A stretch of DNA of 64,000 bases from an uncultured virus (IMG/VR IMGVR_UViG_2061766007_000877) (lineage: Duplodnaviria > Heunggongvirae > Uroviricota > Caudoviricetes). Within the stretch, counting starts at the first letter, position 1. Each line of letters begins with the position of its first letter. Where the stretch lies: the IMG/VR virus record IMGVR_UViG_2061766007_000877; one strand, 5' to 3'. Both the position numbers and the translations under genes were made by a program. The notes under the pieces were generated by a model that did not search any database, was not told where the DNA came from, and saw nothing but the letters and a program-made list of their open reading frames with translations. This document shows positions 22,801 through 35,380 of this stretch, in pieces.

Positions 22801-25800
22801 AATGGTACGCATATCTCTGTTTATGTTCCTGATAAAGTATATGTAGGATCTATTGGGTTTAAGATTTCAAGCACGTTATATTCAGCTTATCCAATCTGTT
22901 TCAGAGGTACAGATTCACAACATAATCCATCTATTCCTGCTGGATCTGTGTTAAGTCTAACATTTTATAACAACACATTTTATTCAGACTTCTATGATTT
23001 AGCAGATTTCGGTAAAGAGCATGAACCTATTGTAAGTGTTGGTAGACTTTCTACACACAATGGTGACACTTTTGGCGGTGCTTTAGTTGGTATACGCAAT
23101 GATGATTATACACTCGACAGGGTTATAACAGTAACAACATCAAGTGATGATATACCAATAGCATCTTCATATAACAGCAATATATTAGAGACAACACCTG
23201 TATATGCTTGCTTCTGGGGTGAATGCTATTCTTCACATCCGCATGTGCCATTTGGGTTTATGCTTTCACGTCGGCCTTATGATGAAGCTAGTATAACACC
23301 TACTGATTCAAACATTCCATTTATATTTGTACGCTCTGACAGTTCTACTGTAGCAAGTCATTATGCACAGAATCCTGAGAGTGATACATACTATTTCCAT
23401 GTACCTAATGCGCCAGTTTACATTTTAAGCTCAAGCTATAATAATCGTTGCGTGTCAATAGGTGGTTTGCCTACAGGATGTAATGGCCGTTTAATAGGCT
23501 TCTTACAACAAAGTTTGATAGATACTGATACACATCAAGCTGAAAATGCTGGTTTATTAAGACTTGTAAATAACACAAGCGCTAATTATGTTACAACAAA
23601 CACTGCACAGACTATTACTGGTGATAAAACAATAAATGAAAAGGATCTTTTTATTTCAGATAGTCAGTCTACTCCTGTTACAGATACAGTTGACACATTT
23701 GTAATGAAGAGAGGTCAAGAGTTTATTGCAGGTACACAAGCATCATCCACATATTCATGGACTGGTAAGACAAAGCAAAGTGCAATTTATGATGGCATGT
23801 GCATAAATTATTATTTGCCTTATGCTAGCAATGGAAATTACTCAGCTACATTAAATTTAACATTGCCTGATAATACAACAACAGGTGCTATTTCAATAAT
23901 TAGACCAGGTGCTGGTTCAACATATTGGGTTTATAACGATTTCCCACGTGGCTCTGTTATTCAAATGACATTGTTGTTAAACAGGGTTGTTGGCGGTACA
24001 ACTTATGAAAAAATATGGGTGATAAACGCATTCTATTATAGTGATAATAACTACTATGATAGGGTACTTACAAACAGCAGTGTTAAAGCCGGTACAAATG
24101 GAATTAAAGGTTATACACTAATTCTTCGTACAGGTGCAGCCACATGGGAGTCAATAGTTAATTCAAATAGTACTGGTACAGATAAGACTGCAAATACATC
24201 TGGGTTCTATTTAGACACAGTATACTATTATGGCAATAGTTCCGCTGTCTCAAGCGGAAGCTTCGCATCAGGTATATATTCAGATTACTCTCAAGTATAT
24301 GCAAGTCGCTTGTTCAATTTATCATCAGCACTTACAAGTGCAGCACCAGTATACTTAATCTTCACATACAACAGCTCAAATGGTAAATTTTATTTAGACA
24401 CTACAAGATGGTGGACACAGTCACCAACATCAGAATCTTCTACAGATGGTAAGTACTTTTTATATATTGGTAGAGCATATGTTTCTGGATCATACTCTTA
24501 TACATCATTAGAGAATAATCATCCGCTGTTCCATGTAGTTGGTACAAATCTTGTGCAGATAGATGATATTTCATTTTTACCTTTTAAGCTTTACACAGAA
24601 AGCCAGAGCGCTACATTTACTACAATACTTGACAACACTGTTACTTTGTCAGGTAAGTCACTGATACTATACAATGATTACACAGATGCCTCAGTGTATA
24701 CTGCATCAGGACACGATAACGTAGGCACTTTTGGATTTTATGCAAATGATAATTTGTTTTATCAAATGACACCGACAAATGTTGGTGCATTAAGTATAAA
24801 AGGAAAGTATTACTCTAAGACTGTAAGCGACCTTATTGCAAGTGATGATGCAATAACATATTATGTAAAGATGACTGACATAACTCCGTCAACTATTTCA
24901 ACAGGTGCACTTTTATTTAGTTTGCCAGAAAATAGCAATTCTTCACATGAAGACATTGAAGATGGTGACACTGTTATTGGCAGGCCAGTGTATGAGATAG
25001 CCGTACAGAGAAATGAATCTACTAACGTAGCTGAATCATTAGCAATTATTAAAAATGACCCAAATGGGGGTGGTGCAGATGCTAGCCTTAGATGTGATAC
25101 ATTTATAGGTGATTTAGAAGGCAAAGCTGATTCTGCTACTAAAGCAGGCATATTAAGTATAAGTACAGACAATACATACCCTGTTACTTTTGCAGATTCG
25201 TTTAACAATAGCTCAAATAATGTGTATTATAAACAGTTACATATAGACGATTCATCAACCAATGCTTTAAAATATAATCCTAGTACAAACACATGTTATT
25301 GTGGTAAATTTAGTGGTACACCAATTATTCCTTTTGGTTCTGCATCATTATCATCTAACACTTGGACAGTCTCATCACCATCACCTAATCCAACATCGTC
25401 TGGTTATCCACCAGAAGGTGCAGTAGTAAGTGTACTTTTTGGTAGTATAAACTCAGTGTCAAGCCCACAGCTTAAGTTTGGCAGCTGGGATGCAAGACCT
25501 ATTTACAGACTTTCGTCATACGCAGGTACCACAGCAAACGAATCATGGTCTGCACAGTCAACTGTCTTACTTAGATACACAGGTGGCTCTAGTGGTCAAT
25601 GGAGACTACTAAATGGTAATTGTTACCCAACATCCACTGCTAGTGGCACTACAAATATAATACCTTCTAGTGCTAACACGTATGATTTAGGCTCATCATC
25701 ATACCCATGGAGATACGTTTATATATCAGGCGGTAATTCAAGTTATTATGCTGTCTTTGATAATAGCGGTAGCGAGCCTACATTTAGACCAAGCACATCA

Positions 25801-26661
25801 AATTATGGTTATCTTGGTACATCTAATTATAGATGGTATGTTGGTGCCATTAACAACCTTCTGTCAACAAATGCACTAACAGGATTGTTAGTAACATGCA
25901 GTACATCTGCAAATCAGCAGCAAAAGGATATTTCAATAGGCGGTCCTACTATGCTTGTAGGTAATAGTAGTACTTTAGGTGCAATACCATTTAATGGCTT
26001 TAGGATATCAGTTAAATTTGAAGAAACCAACTCAGCATCATCACCTACACTTTGTATAAATGGTAATGAAAATACTACACACCCTATAGTTTACAGGGGC
26101 ACATCAGCAGTAACAACAGGTAACTATTATAAATGGCAGGCAGGTGATATAGTTGATCTTGTATATGATAGTTCAAATTCAGTATATGTTATAGCTGGAT
26201 GGCAAACTTATGCTGTAAATGCATCAACAGCATCTACATGCTCTGGTAGATGCACAGCAATTTACGGAACAGGTAATTATTCAATACAAATGGCACTTGT
26301 TCTTGTAAAAAATACAACATCTACAAAATATTTTATACAAAGAGGCACATCACTTAAATTGAACACCAATTTATCAGCTAGAACATCACCAACCGGAACA
26401 GCTTCTACAATTACTGGACTTACAATAACAGCGTGGTATTTAACAAGGTTTGCATTGTCTAGTAATGCAAGTACTATATCGTCATCAATGTCAAATGACT
26501 TACGAATAGTGCCAACTCAGAGTGATGCCTCATCTATAACAGGTATCACTGATACAACACCAGTTGCATTAACAGGTACTACATTTTATAATTTAACTGA
26601 CATATTTGTGCTGGCAAACACTACAGTGTTTGTACCAGTGTTACTTTACAGATATTCATAA
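16846..26661 (+). CDS. very long tail fibre protein (~3270 aa, joined across N gaps)
   Basis: frame changes only at gaps ~17129-17160 and ~21266-21297; lectin-like YAQVEYIQS..GLYDVV domain; fibre repeats; followed by a fibre chaperone gene. Confidence 0.75.
18190..21920 (+). repeat. coding repeats in the tail fibre: 10x SGSYNDLSNKPTIP (a 7-unit tandem run of ~159 nt at ~20720-21920), VPTTRKVNNKALSSDITL units, TDTSDLTNGAGY/ETDPTVP units
   Basis: read directly from translation and sequence. Confidence 0.9.
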
Positions 26662-26680
26662 TCTTATTTGGAGATTAAAT

Positions 26681-27100
26681 ATGGACATTATTTCAGTAAA
26701 ATACATGGACATGTCAAAAAGTAATCTAATTGTTGAGTACACGAATGACACTGGTGAGTCAGAGTTTTATTCATTTAATATAGACAGCGAATATGAGCAG
26801 GATGATTATAGTGATCTAAGATCATCTATAATTAGTATGATTAAAAATGAAGACATTAAACCTGATTTCTCTGAAAGTGCAATTTTTATATCATCAAGCC
26901 TTGTAAGAGCTGCAAGAGATAGTATGTTAGAAGAAACTGACAAATACTTTACAATTTCAGATATGCCAGCGAAGAAAAATGAAGATCTTGAGTCTCTTAA
27001 AGAATACCGTCAGGCATTAAGAGACATTACACAGCAGAAGGGATTTCCAACTGATATAACATGGCCATCAAAACCGAAGTGGCTTGATGAAAGAAAGTAG
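26681..27100 (+). CDS. tail fibre assembly chaperone
   Basis: VRAARDSMLEETD...YRQALRDITQQKGFPTDITWPSKP; GGAG RBS. Confidence 0.85.
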   Translation: MDIISVKYMDMSKSNLIVEYTNDTGESEFYSFNIDSEYEQDDYSDLRSSIISMIKNEDIKPDFSESAIFISSSLVRAARDSMLEETDKYFTISDMPAKKNEDLESLKEYRQALRDITQQKGFPTDITWPSKPKWLDERK

Positions 27101-27178
27101 TACATATCAANNNNNNNNNNNNNNNNNNNNNNNNNNNNNNNNNNNACCCGCTTTTAACTGTGTGATATTTTATGCACT

Positions 27179-27209
27179 AGGCCGTGTTTTCTACACGGCC
27201 TTTTATTTT
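27179..27209 (+). terminator. intrinsic terminator
   Basis: AGGCCGTGT..ACACGGCCT plus T tract. Confidence 0.75.
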
Positions 27210-27231
27210 GCCTATAGCAATACGCCTCATT

Positions 27232-27270
27232 CTATATCAATAAAGGGAGTTAGATAAGTTCTAACTCCCT
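27232..27270 (+). promoter_or_regulatory. candidate late promoter CTATATCAATAAA followed by a 5' hairpin
   Basis: motif, then GGGAGTTAGA..TCTAACTCCC. Confidence 0.55.
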
Positions 27271-27299
27271 ATTCTTATAAGATTATTTTGGAGAGTGCA

Positions 27300-30200
27300 A
27301 TGAAATATACCTCTCAAAACGGATGCTTCTTTTACTATGATAGAGACACATATAGTTGGGAATTATGTGAACCAACTCTTATGTTCCTATTGGGTTTTGA
27401 AGCAATAACAATGTATGACAAAGCAAAGTCAGACCACATTCTGATCTCCAATAGAATATATGACACAAGAACAGGTGAAATTGATGAGATGCAAGACTTC
27501 CCAATTTATGATGAGGTTTTGACATTCCTATCATCACTAGGGCCTGTTGAAGATAATGAGTTCTATGTTCAATATAATTGTTATGGTCTAAAACTTTTAA
27601 TGAATGAGCTTACAGGAACAGGAACTGATCGTACTGTACCTGTAATTTTCTTAAATGATGCAAATAGAAAATTAGTAGACCCTAACAAATATCCTTATTC
27701 AGATAAAGCAGGTAAGTCATACTACGATTTGCAGTCAACACTTATTCTAAACATTTTCAAGTATGCTGGCTATAACACACTTGATGAAGAAGTCCAGTAC
27801 TTTGATGAAGATAACGTTGGTGTAGATGAAAATGACCCATTAAATACAAACGTTCCTCCACTTCTTAGTGAAATACGTGCATATAATAACAGTCTTTACA
27901 TTTTTCACGAAGAAAGACAGGCATCAGGTGGTGTGTATAAACTACTTGACTATAAAGCAATGTATTTATATGCACTTGGTGTGTTATATGGGCTTCGTTG
28001 TTTAGGCTATGATGGCAAAATGATTTGGCGGTTTGATCCCGCTTACTGGTATTTTGGAAAGTATCAGAATCTTGTTAAAACTGCATGGGCGGTTTTTAGA
28101 TTTCACTTTACACATCCTATTTATGAATTAGATGCTCCTGAAGAACTTATTGATAAGTATAAAGATATTCAATACAACAAGCTCTGGAACTTCATGAACA
28201 ACGAGGGGTCAGATATTCAGCTGTACAATAATGAAGTGTTTGCATACGGTTTACATATAATACCAAGGGATCTTGTTTCAGCAGATGAAGTAAATCGTGT
28301 ATCAGTAAAACCTATAATTTATTTATATCCTACTGATGAAGACGTTCGTGAAGGTAAGAAAGGTCAATATATTGAGTTTATTCGTGATACTGGTGAGTGG
28401 TCAGAACCTAAAGATGTAGAAGGCAATGAAAATTCATCTTATGATTTAGTCTCATCTTATGAGCCANNNNNNNNNNNNNNNNNNNNNCTGATGTTTACAC
28501 AAGATACATTGCCCATGATAAAGTAACAATACGAAAAGCATTACGTTTTACTCGTAATATAAAAGATCCTGAAAATCCTAATCAAACACTTGCACCACAC
28601 TACTTGTCACCAAATGATGATACACTTTGCACTATACCACGCAACACAGAGTTAGAAGTACTTGATGCATATAATGGCTATTATCAAGTAACTTATACCG
28701 TTGAAAGTGGTGAACTTGTTATACCATACACTGGTTGGATTGACGCAAAATCAACAGAAAGCATATTAGATGTTGATGAAGAATCAGTTGATACATTTGT
28801 AGATGGTTCATTTTATACAGACGAGTTTACAGGTGTAGGCAAAATAAAAACTACATCTTCGTGTGTAATGCGCTATCACCCAGGCGGAGATAAAGATTAT
28901 TTCATAGGTGCAGGCAATTTAGGTTGGACAGATTTCGATTTAGAGTATTGGAAAAACTTTAAAGAGTACATTGCATCTGAATATGATCTTTACGGTGAAA
29001 AAGATAAATTTGTAGTAGGTTCATTTTATACAGAAGAATTTGACTGTGAAGGAAGTGAATTATTCGACACTGATGCTTGTTCTGTATTATCAATGGAACC
29101 TCATGACTATGATAAACTTTATCCTGCACGAATAGGGCAGGCATGTTCAAAAGTTGATGGCTCTGTTGTTTCATATTATAAATGCAACGTGGATGACGAT
29201 ACTTATCTATACGGCATATTTGATGGGCTTGCTACTATTGATGAGAACACAGGTAAGTGGAAGTTTGATGATGTTGCTTACAATTTCAAGTACATAATAT
29301 CAGATTTTGATTTTGATGCAATTTACAATTCAAGCGATGCTTCATCTTATGATTTGAAGGATTATTTCAATTTGTCACATCCAATCAAGCTGCTTGTAAG
29401 CAGAGTGGATTCTTCATTTGAGAATGGCACATTCTTTAATGGTACGGATCAGGTGTATCTTGCACTTTATGGTTATACACCTAAAGAATCATATCCTATT
29501 GATGCTTATACATATAATTCAGATTTGAATGACATTGAAGAATACAGCATAAGAAAGTATTATAAAACTATTGAAACAGGCGAAGGCAGCAGTATAGAAA
29601 CTTATTATTGGTCTAATAACTTTGATGCTGAAGTAGGTGAGTACGGCAATAAATACAACTGGAGAACCGCATACAGTGTGCCTAATAGTATATTTGAAGA
29701 AGGTATTACAACAGTAACTGTATATTTGAATGTACAGAAACTTTTTGAAGATGCAATAGTATATTCAAACATAAGTAACGGTATTCAAACATACGTACTA
29801 AATACAAATACGAGCTATCCTTCAAAATATGGTCAGTATTACGACCCAGGATCAGGTCAGCTTGTTGACATCGTTCCTATGGGATTTGTGAATTATGCAG
29901 ATCTTCATGATAGAATTGGTGCAACAACTTATCTATGCCAAATTATAGAGAAAGATCCAAATGGTGACGATCTTATCATTGATGGCGTTCCTTATGTTTG
30001 GCGAGACGATCAAACAAATACATATTGGAATGGCTTCACAAAAGAATGGCAAGATACTGTCCCAACACGTCGCAATGCAACTATGTATAACTCCGCAACG
30101 AACGAAACGCAGGGCGTTACAGACGATACAACCAATCGTACAATCAGTGTCGAAGATGGCATTGTTCTTACATACGACGAGTTCTATGCTCAATACCCAA

Positions 30201-30460
30201 CATGCGGTATTCTGCGTAATGACTTCCTTCGTGTTTACAACCCAAGCAAAGAAGGCGAAGGCATCATAAGTTGCTACAGAGATACAAAACTCAGTTCCAA
30301 CGAAGCGGATCATATTGTTTGTATTCCAACAATTACACAATGGGTATCAAGAAGTCAGTTACTTCCAATGTATGGGTACTGGATTGTAGACGGTACAGCC
30401 TCGTTGTATGATGGTGACGAAGAGGTCGATGTTGTTTACGATGATGACCATCACGATTAA
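27300..30460 (+). CDS. large putative virion protein, family A copy 2, with an SH3b-like domain (~1050 aa, joined across gap)
   Basis: CEPTLMF, TGTGTDR, YKLLDYKAMYxYALGVLYG shared with 10940; TIPRNTELEVLDAYNGYYQV..GWID is SH3b-like. Confidence 0.65.
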
Positions 30461-30471
30461 TGGTATGTGTT

Positions 30472-31222
30472 ATGAGCGATGATAAACTATATTGCATAAA
30501 CGGTGAGTGGATGTCATACAGCGACGCCCATAACATATATGGCTACACATTATCGAAAGCTGTTCAGCTAACACTTTACAGACAAGATACTACACCTGTA
30601 AATATAAGAAAAGATACAAGTAATGACACATTATGGGATAGCCCAAACCACCGTTGGGTCGGCAGCATTGCAAATCTTAATCTATATCAAAAATTAGGTA
30701 AAATAACATTATATAAGTGTGAATCGCCTACTATATATGACAGCTATAATCAGGCGCTGTCAAGCACAACAGCTACACATGTAGACGTAGAAAGCCTAAT
30801 AGTTCCTATTACAGAACTTTATGAGACAGAGGGTATAACAACACATCCATGCAAAAATTATTACACAAAGGATGGTGAGATACTTTGCTGGTATGATGAT
30901 GTAGAAAATCTGTATTGGAACAACAAGGTTGGGTATAAAATNNNNNNNNNNNNNNNNNNNNNNNNNNNNNNNNNNCCCTATAGACATGTCTGATTTTGAC
31001 ATACTTAATATAGACTTACGCCCAATATTAGAGCAATATAATCTAACTCAAGATCAAATGTCTAATGTTGAATTTATGAGATTCAACGTCGAGATGAATG
31101 TTGAATTTCTTGATGAAGGAATGTCAATATCTGATTATGATATGCTCAATCTGCCTATAGAGATGCAGTTGCAATTATATAATGTTACTCAGCAAATGCA
31201 ACTTATATACATTAGGGTATAG
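30472..31222 (+). CDS. family B copy 2 (probably joined across gap)
   Basis: N-terminus homologous to 13483 and 33581. Confidence 0.55.
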
Positions 31223-31225
31223 CTT

Positions 31226-32479
31226 ATGAGAATTACACAGACATACGGATGGACGTCATCACCATCATTTGCAAATTATGCTGCTTTATTAGAAGAATTT
31301 AAGTTGCTTTTAATGGATTCTACTATAACGGAAATACCAGCAGCATTTGTAGGTCAATACAATAGTAGTTACAGCTTCAGTGGCTCATACGGTATTAGAG
31401 GATATCGTATGATACGAAAAGTTATACTTGAATGCCTAGATATAAGTGAAGATGATTCTGATATAGAACAATATTGCGACGTTCAATATCCAGCTACAAT
31501 ATACACATCACCAGACAGTTCAGAATATAAATATTCATGCATAGTTACTCGTATAGTAGACTCTAAAGCTGCAGATGCAACGAACAGGGTATACTATCTT
31601 ATAGGGACTTTCAGATATTATAACTACTATTACGACTACAATCGTAATACATTTGTTTTAGAGAATGTTATTTTATGCGAATCTTTGGGTACAGCTGAAA
31701 ATGAGCACAATCTTGCACTATCACAGTGGGGAAAGCCATATGCTGACAGATCAATTGGTAATTATCATTGGAATTATAATTTACCTATTACAGAATCTAA
31801 GATAGTAAGTCAGTCACTAGCAAGATATTATTCATCATCTACAAGTAGTTATAACTCTGGATATTATAATTGTAATGAAGCAATTAATGCAGTAAACAAT
31901 ATGTGCTTATACGGTATGTACTCCAGTTCAAGCTATTCGCAAATTTACCCAGACGCTTTGTTTAATTCATCAGGCTCTTCTTTTAAAATTCAAGGTCACT
32001 TAGACGATAATGGCATATTAACTTTAATTTATACAATTTATAACAATGTGTTAAATATTAAAAAAGTTAGATTTCCAAACGCTATGCTGTCAGATATACA
32101 CAGTTACTCATGTATAGCAGACGCATATAATGGAATGTTTGGCATATGGGTAAAAGGGTCATATCTTGGCGGTACAGACGGAGTAAATGATAGAGTATTT
32201 TCAGCATACAGACGTTGGCTTTTACCTACAATGAATACTTTAGATACTTTATTAGCAGGGCCAGGCGTGTTATATAGTGGCTCATCTGACAGTCAAATGT
32301 CAGAAGCATTTGTATTTGGTATAGTACAAACGCCATACTTTATAACAAATAACGCAGACATAACACATAATTTTCAAGCTGGTCAGCTTTTACAAGGTAA
32401 TACTTACATATACGGCGCAGTAGGCGATATTATATTACCATGGGATTCATCTGTACTATGGATGTCTCTATCTAGTTAG
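31226..32479 (+). CDS. Tyr/Ser-rich putative virion protein (family C)
   Basis: 417-aa ORF; C-terminal GQ..G.Y.Y..W motif shared with 32491 and 40865. Confidence 0.55.
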   Translation: MRITQTYGWTSSPSFANYAALLEEFKLLLMDSTITEIPAAFVGQYNSSYSFSGSYGIRGYRMIRKVILECLDISEDDSDIEQYCDVQYPATIYTSPDSSEYKYSCIVTRIVDSKAADATNRVYYLIGTFRYYNYYYDYNRNTFVLENVILCESLGTAENEHNLALSQWGKPYADRSIGNYHWNYNLPITESKIVSQSLARYYSSSTSSYNSGYYNCNEAINAVNNMCLYGMYSSSSYSQIYPDALFNSSGSSFKIQGHLDDNGILTLIYTIYNNVLNIKKVRFPNAMLSDIHSYSCIADAYNGMFGIWVKGSYLGGTDGVNDRVFSAYRRWLLPTMNTLDTLLAGPGVLYSGSSDSQMSEAFVFGIVQTPYFITNNADITHNFQAGQLLQGNTYIYGAVGDIILPWDSSVLWMSLSS

Positions 32480-32490
32480 TAGGTGGGTTT

Positions 32491-33489
32491 ATGACAACAA
32501 ATTATAACTATAGTAATATATACACGGCTTTAGAGACTACCGATGCAAATTTTAGAAGAGCTCTGGCTTTAGATGATTCAGTAGACATATCTTCAATATC
32601 ATCATCAATTAAATCGACCGTTTGTTCTGCATGGAGATTTCCTGCTGCATTAGCTGATGCATTTGGGTTAGACATAGATAATCCTTTACAAGTAAAAAGA
32701 GTATGTAGAACAAATTATTCATTATGCTATTGGGTAATGCAGCATCCAGCTAGTGGCCGATGGTACTTTTATGATACTAATTATAACTTTCATGAATCAT
32801 CTGCAGACTATTCACAGTGGGAAATGGCTAATCCATCTGGTACAACTGTGGCAGATATCGGGCTCATTGAGCCATACGTTGGTGGGTTTAACGTTAGTGC
32901 AGGTACTAAAGTTAGATGTATGACAGATTTAACAAATGGCATAGTAATATTATTATATAATGCTTATAATATACAAACCAATGAATCAGGTTCACCACAC
33001 GCCCCATGTGTGATTTCAGGGTTTAATAATCTTAATGGCTTACTAGGCTGTAGATTAGCAATAATTAGACCAAATATAACTAATGGTAATACTAGTTCAA
33101 ATTATGCCAATGCAGTATCATCAAATAGCGGAACTATATTAGACAATGGAATAAAGTATAATAGATTTAATATTAAGTGTTTTTGGTCAGAGCAACGATA
33201 CGATAATTCAAATAGAATAAATTATTATAATTCTTATGGTGCATATTATAATGTAAATTCTTCCACAAATTTAGTAGTGTCTCCATTTTGTGTTGAAACA
33301 GAAGGAAAATACGACGCTTTTTCTACAAACTCAATTGGGTTTGGTATAATACCAACATCAGTGGTAGGTAGAACTCCAACTGTAGGATTAAGCTTGCCAA
33401 TGGGATATCAATTTATGCAAGGACAGTATGTCCATTTAGGCGATGGCTATATAGTAAAATGGAATAGATCATTGGGTAGCTTGTGGTAA
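32491..33489 (+). CDS. Asn/Tyr-rich putative virion protein (family C)
   Basis: 332-aa ORF; shared C-terminal motif. Confidence 0.55.
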   Translation: MTTNYNYSNIYTALETTDANFRRALALDDSVDISSISSSIKSTVCSAWRFPAALADAFGLDIDNPLQVKRVCRTNYSLCYWVMQHPASGRWYFYDTNYNFHESSADYSQWEMANPSGTTVADIGLIEPYVGGFNVSAGTKVRCMTDLTNGIVILLYNAYNIQTNESGSPHAPCVISGFNNLNGLLGCRLAIIRPNITNGNTSSNYANAVSSNSGTILDNGIKYNRFNIKCFWSEQRYDNSNRINYYNSYGAYYNVNSSTNLVVSPFCVETEGKYDAFSTNSIGFGIIPTSVVGRTPTVGLSLPMGYQFMQGQYVHLGDGYIVKWNRSLGSLW

Positions 33490-33580
33490 TAGCATAAGAA
33501 ACTTTTAACAAATACCTATACTATATCAATNNNNNNNNNNNNNNNNNNNNNNNNTCTTTTTCTTTATAGTGGAAATACCT

Positions 33581-35377
33581 ATGAGTGATGAACGACTGTA
33601 TTATATAAAAGAAGCCATTGGGGATGATAAGTGGCTAACTTATGAACAAGCCCATCGCTATGGTTGTACTCATGTAAAGCCTAGCTCAATAACAGTATAT
33701 GATGCTAACTTACAAACAGTAACTTTCCGTGTAGACCCTGAAACAAATACATTCTTTGATCTTCGTCAAGATGTACCACATGACTGGTTAGTAAGTCTTG
33801 ATTCATTAGGTCTTTATAGAAAGCTTGGTAACATTACATTATATAGAAGTGAAGTACCTACAACTTATGAAAGTTATACTTCCATTGTTAGCTCATCAAC
33901 ACCAACACATGTGTTTATTCAAGGTGAAGGTTTAGTCTCGATAAGATATCTTTATGAGCGCAGAGGTATTACACAACATACTTGTAAGAACTTTATGATT
34001 GATAAAGGCATCTTACTTGTGTGGTATGATAGTGTTGAAGATCTGTATTGGGATAACCACTCTGATGTAATGACATGGGTCATTGAGCCTCCAGAGATAG
34101 AGGTTACAGAGAACAACTATATTATACCATTTCCAAATCCAATATATGAGCAAAAGCAGTGGGAATACGATTTATCTCAGCTACCATACACATTCACCTC
34201 TTATGGCACGTTTGTTCCTGCACATCAGACAGTAGAACTTATAACAGCCTTTAAGAACTGGGATCAGTGGGATTTAGAATCTGCACAGCAACGATGGACA
34301 AGAGATAGCAAAGACCATTGGGACATAATACCTGTACCTCCTATTAGACTTATTTCATTTGATGAAACGTCACAATATTTAAGTGAGGGAATGGTTTCAG
34401 CATTTTACGATGATATAATTAAAAATGGCATTCCAATCTATGTCATTGCAGAAGATGGCGTATATGATGCTGGAGGCACTTTAAGAGAGTTTGGGTATGC
34501 TTTTACAGGTGATTATGAATATGTATGGGTTGATTCTGATGCAGATGTACCATTGTATCAAGGTACAAATAAGTCCATTGCAGGACAGTCTCATGATGAC
34601 ATTTATGAAGTTTTATACTATATAAGTAGAAAATATTATTTACCAGAGACTGTACACAACATGGGTTATACTTTTACAAAGGGCGAAGACATAGAAATAT
34701 GGGACAGCAATCTTATTGGTAAAAAGTTATGGGAAGACACTCAATGGCTGTATTTAACACAATCAAACAAAAATCCAGTCTTTATACCAGTTATAGATGG
34801 CACCGCTAAAAAAGCATCTGCTAAGTTAATAAGCGGTAGTTACATATTAGACATTGAAGCAAAAGATGCTGGCGCAGACGGTAACAGATTATCTATAGGT
34901 GTATCTTACGGGCCGCCATTTTACTTTTACATTTATAGAGATGGCGTGCTTGTTCATTCAGGCACAAACAATAATACAGAAAATGATTACGTTGTAATAT
35001 CAGGTAGTTGGCCAGGAAACCAAACACCAGGAAGCCCAATCACAGCACAGCTATCAGGTGGTACAGATGTTGACTCAATTGGTGCTCCTCTTTATTACGA
35101 AGATGGCAGTCAGGTTACAGTAAATGACTATATTAATTATCGTATAACAAATACAGTTCAGCTTAAATCTTGTACGTGGGCAGAATTTCAACAGTTAAAT
35201 ACATACACATCTAGCCTATTTGCTGACTCTAGCAAGTTTAGATTCGTATCAGATGAACACGGTAACTTGTTATTAGAGTATACTGGCACACCAATACAGA
35301 CAGCAATGTTAGGCTTTTCATTTAATTGGGATCAACATGGAGAAGCTTTAGATGGGAAATGGACTGCAAACCCATAA
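33581..35377 (+). CDS. family B copy 3 with a long extension
   Basis: LYRKLGNITLY, GITQHTCKN, WYDSVEDLYWDN match 30472; CTATATCAAT motif upstream at 33521. Confidence 0.6.
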   Translation: MSDERLYYIKEAIGDDKWLTYEQAHRYGCTHVKPSSITVYDANLQTVTFRVDPETNTFFDLRQDVPHDWLVSLDSLGLYRKLGNITLYRSEVPTTYESYTSIVSSSTPTHVFIQGEGLVSIRYLYERRGITQHTCKNFMIDKGILLVWYDSVEDLYWDNHSDVMTWVIEPPEIEVTENNYIIPFPNPIYEQKQWEYDLSQLPYTFTSYGTFVPAHQTVELITAFKNWDQWDLESAQQRWTRDSKDHWDIIPVPPIRLISFDETSQYLSEGMVSAFYDDIIKNGIPIYVIAEDGVYDAGGTLREFGYAFTGDYEYVWVDSDADVPLYQGTNKSIAGQSHDDIYEVLYYISRKYYLPETVHNMGYTFTKGEDIEIWDSNLIGKKLWEDTQWLYLTQSNKNPVFIPVIDGTAKKASAKLISGSYILDIEAKDAGADGNRLSIGVSYGPPFYFYIYRDGVLVHSGTNNNTENDYVVISGSWPGNQTPGSPITAQLSGGTDVDSIGAPLYYEDGSQVTVNDYINYRITNTVQLKSCTWAEFQQLNTYTSSLFADSSKFRFVSDEHGNLLLEYTGTPIQTAMLGFSFNWDQHGEALDGKWTANP

Positions 35378-35380
35378 TAT

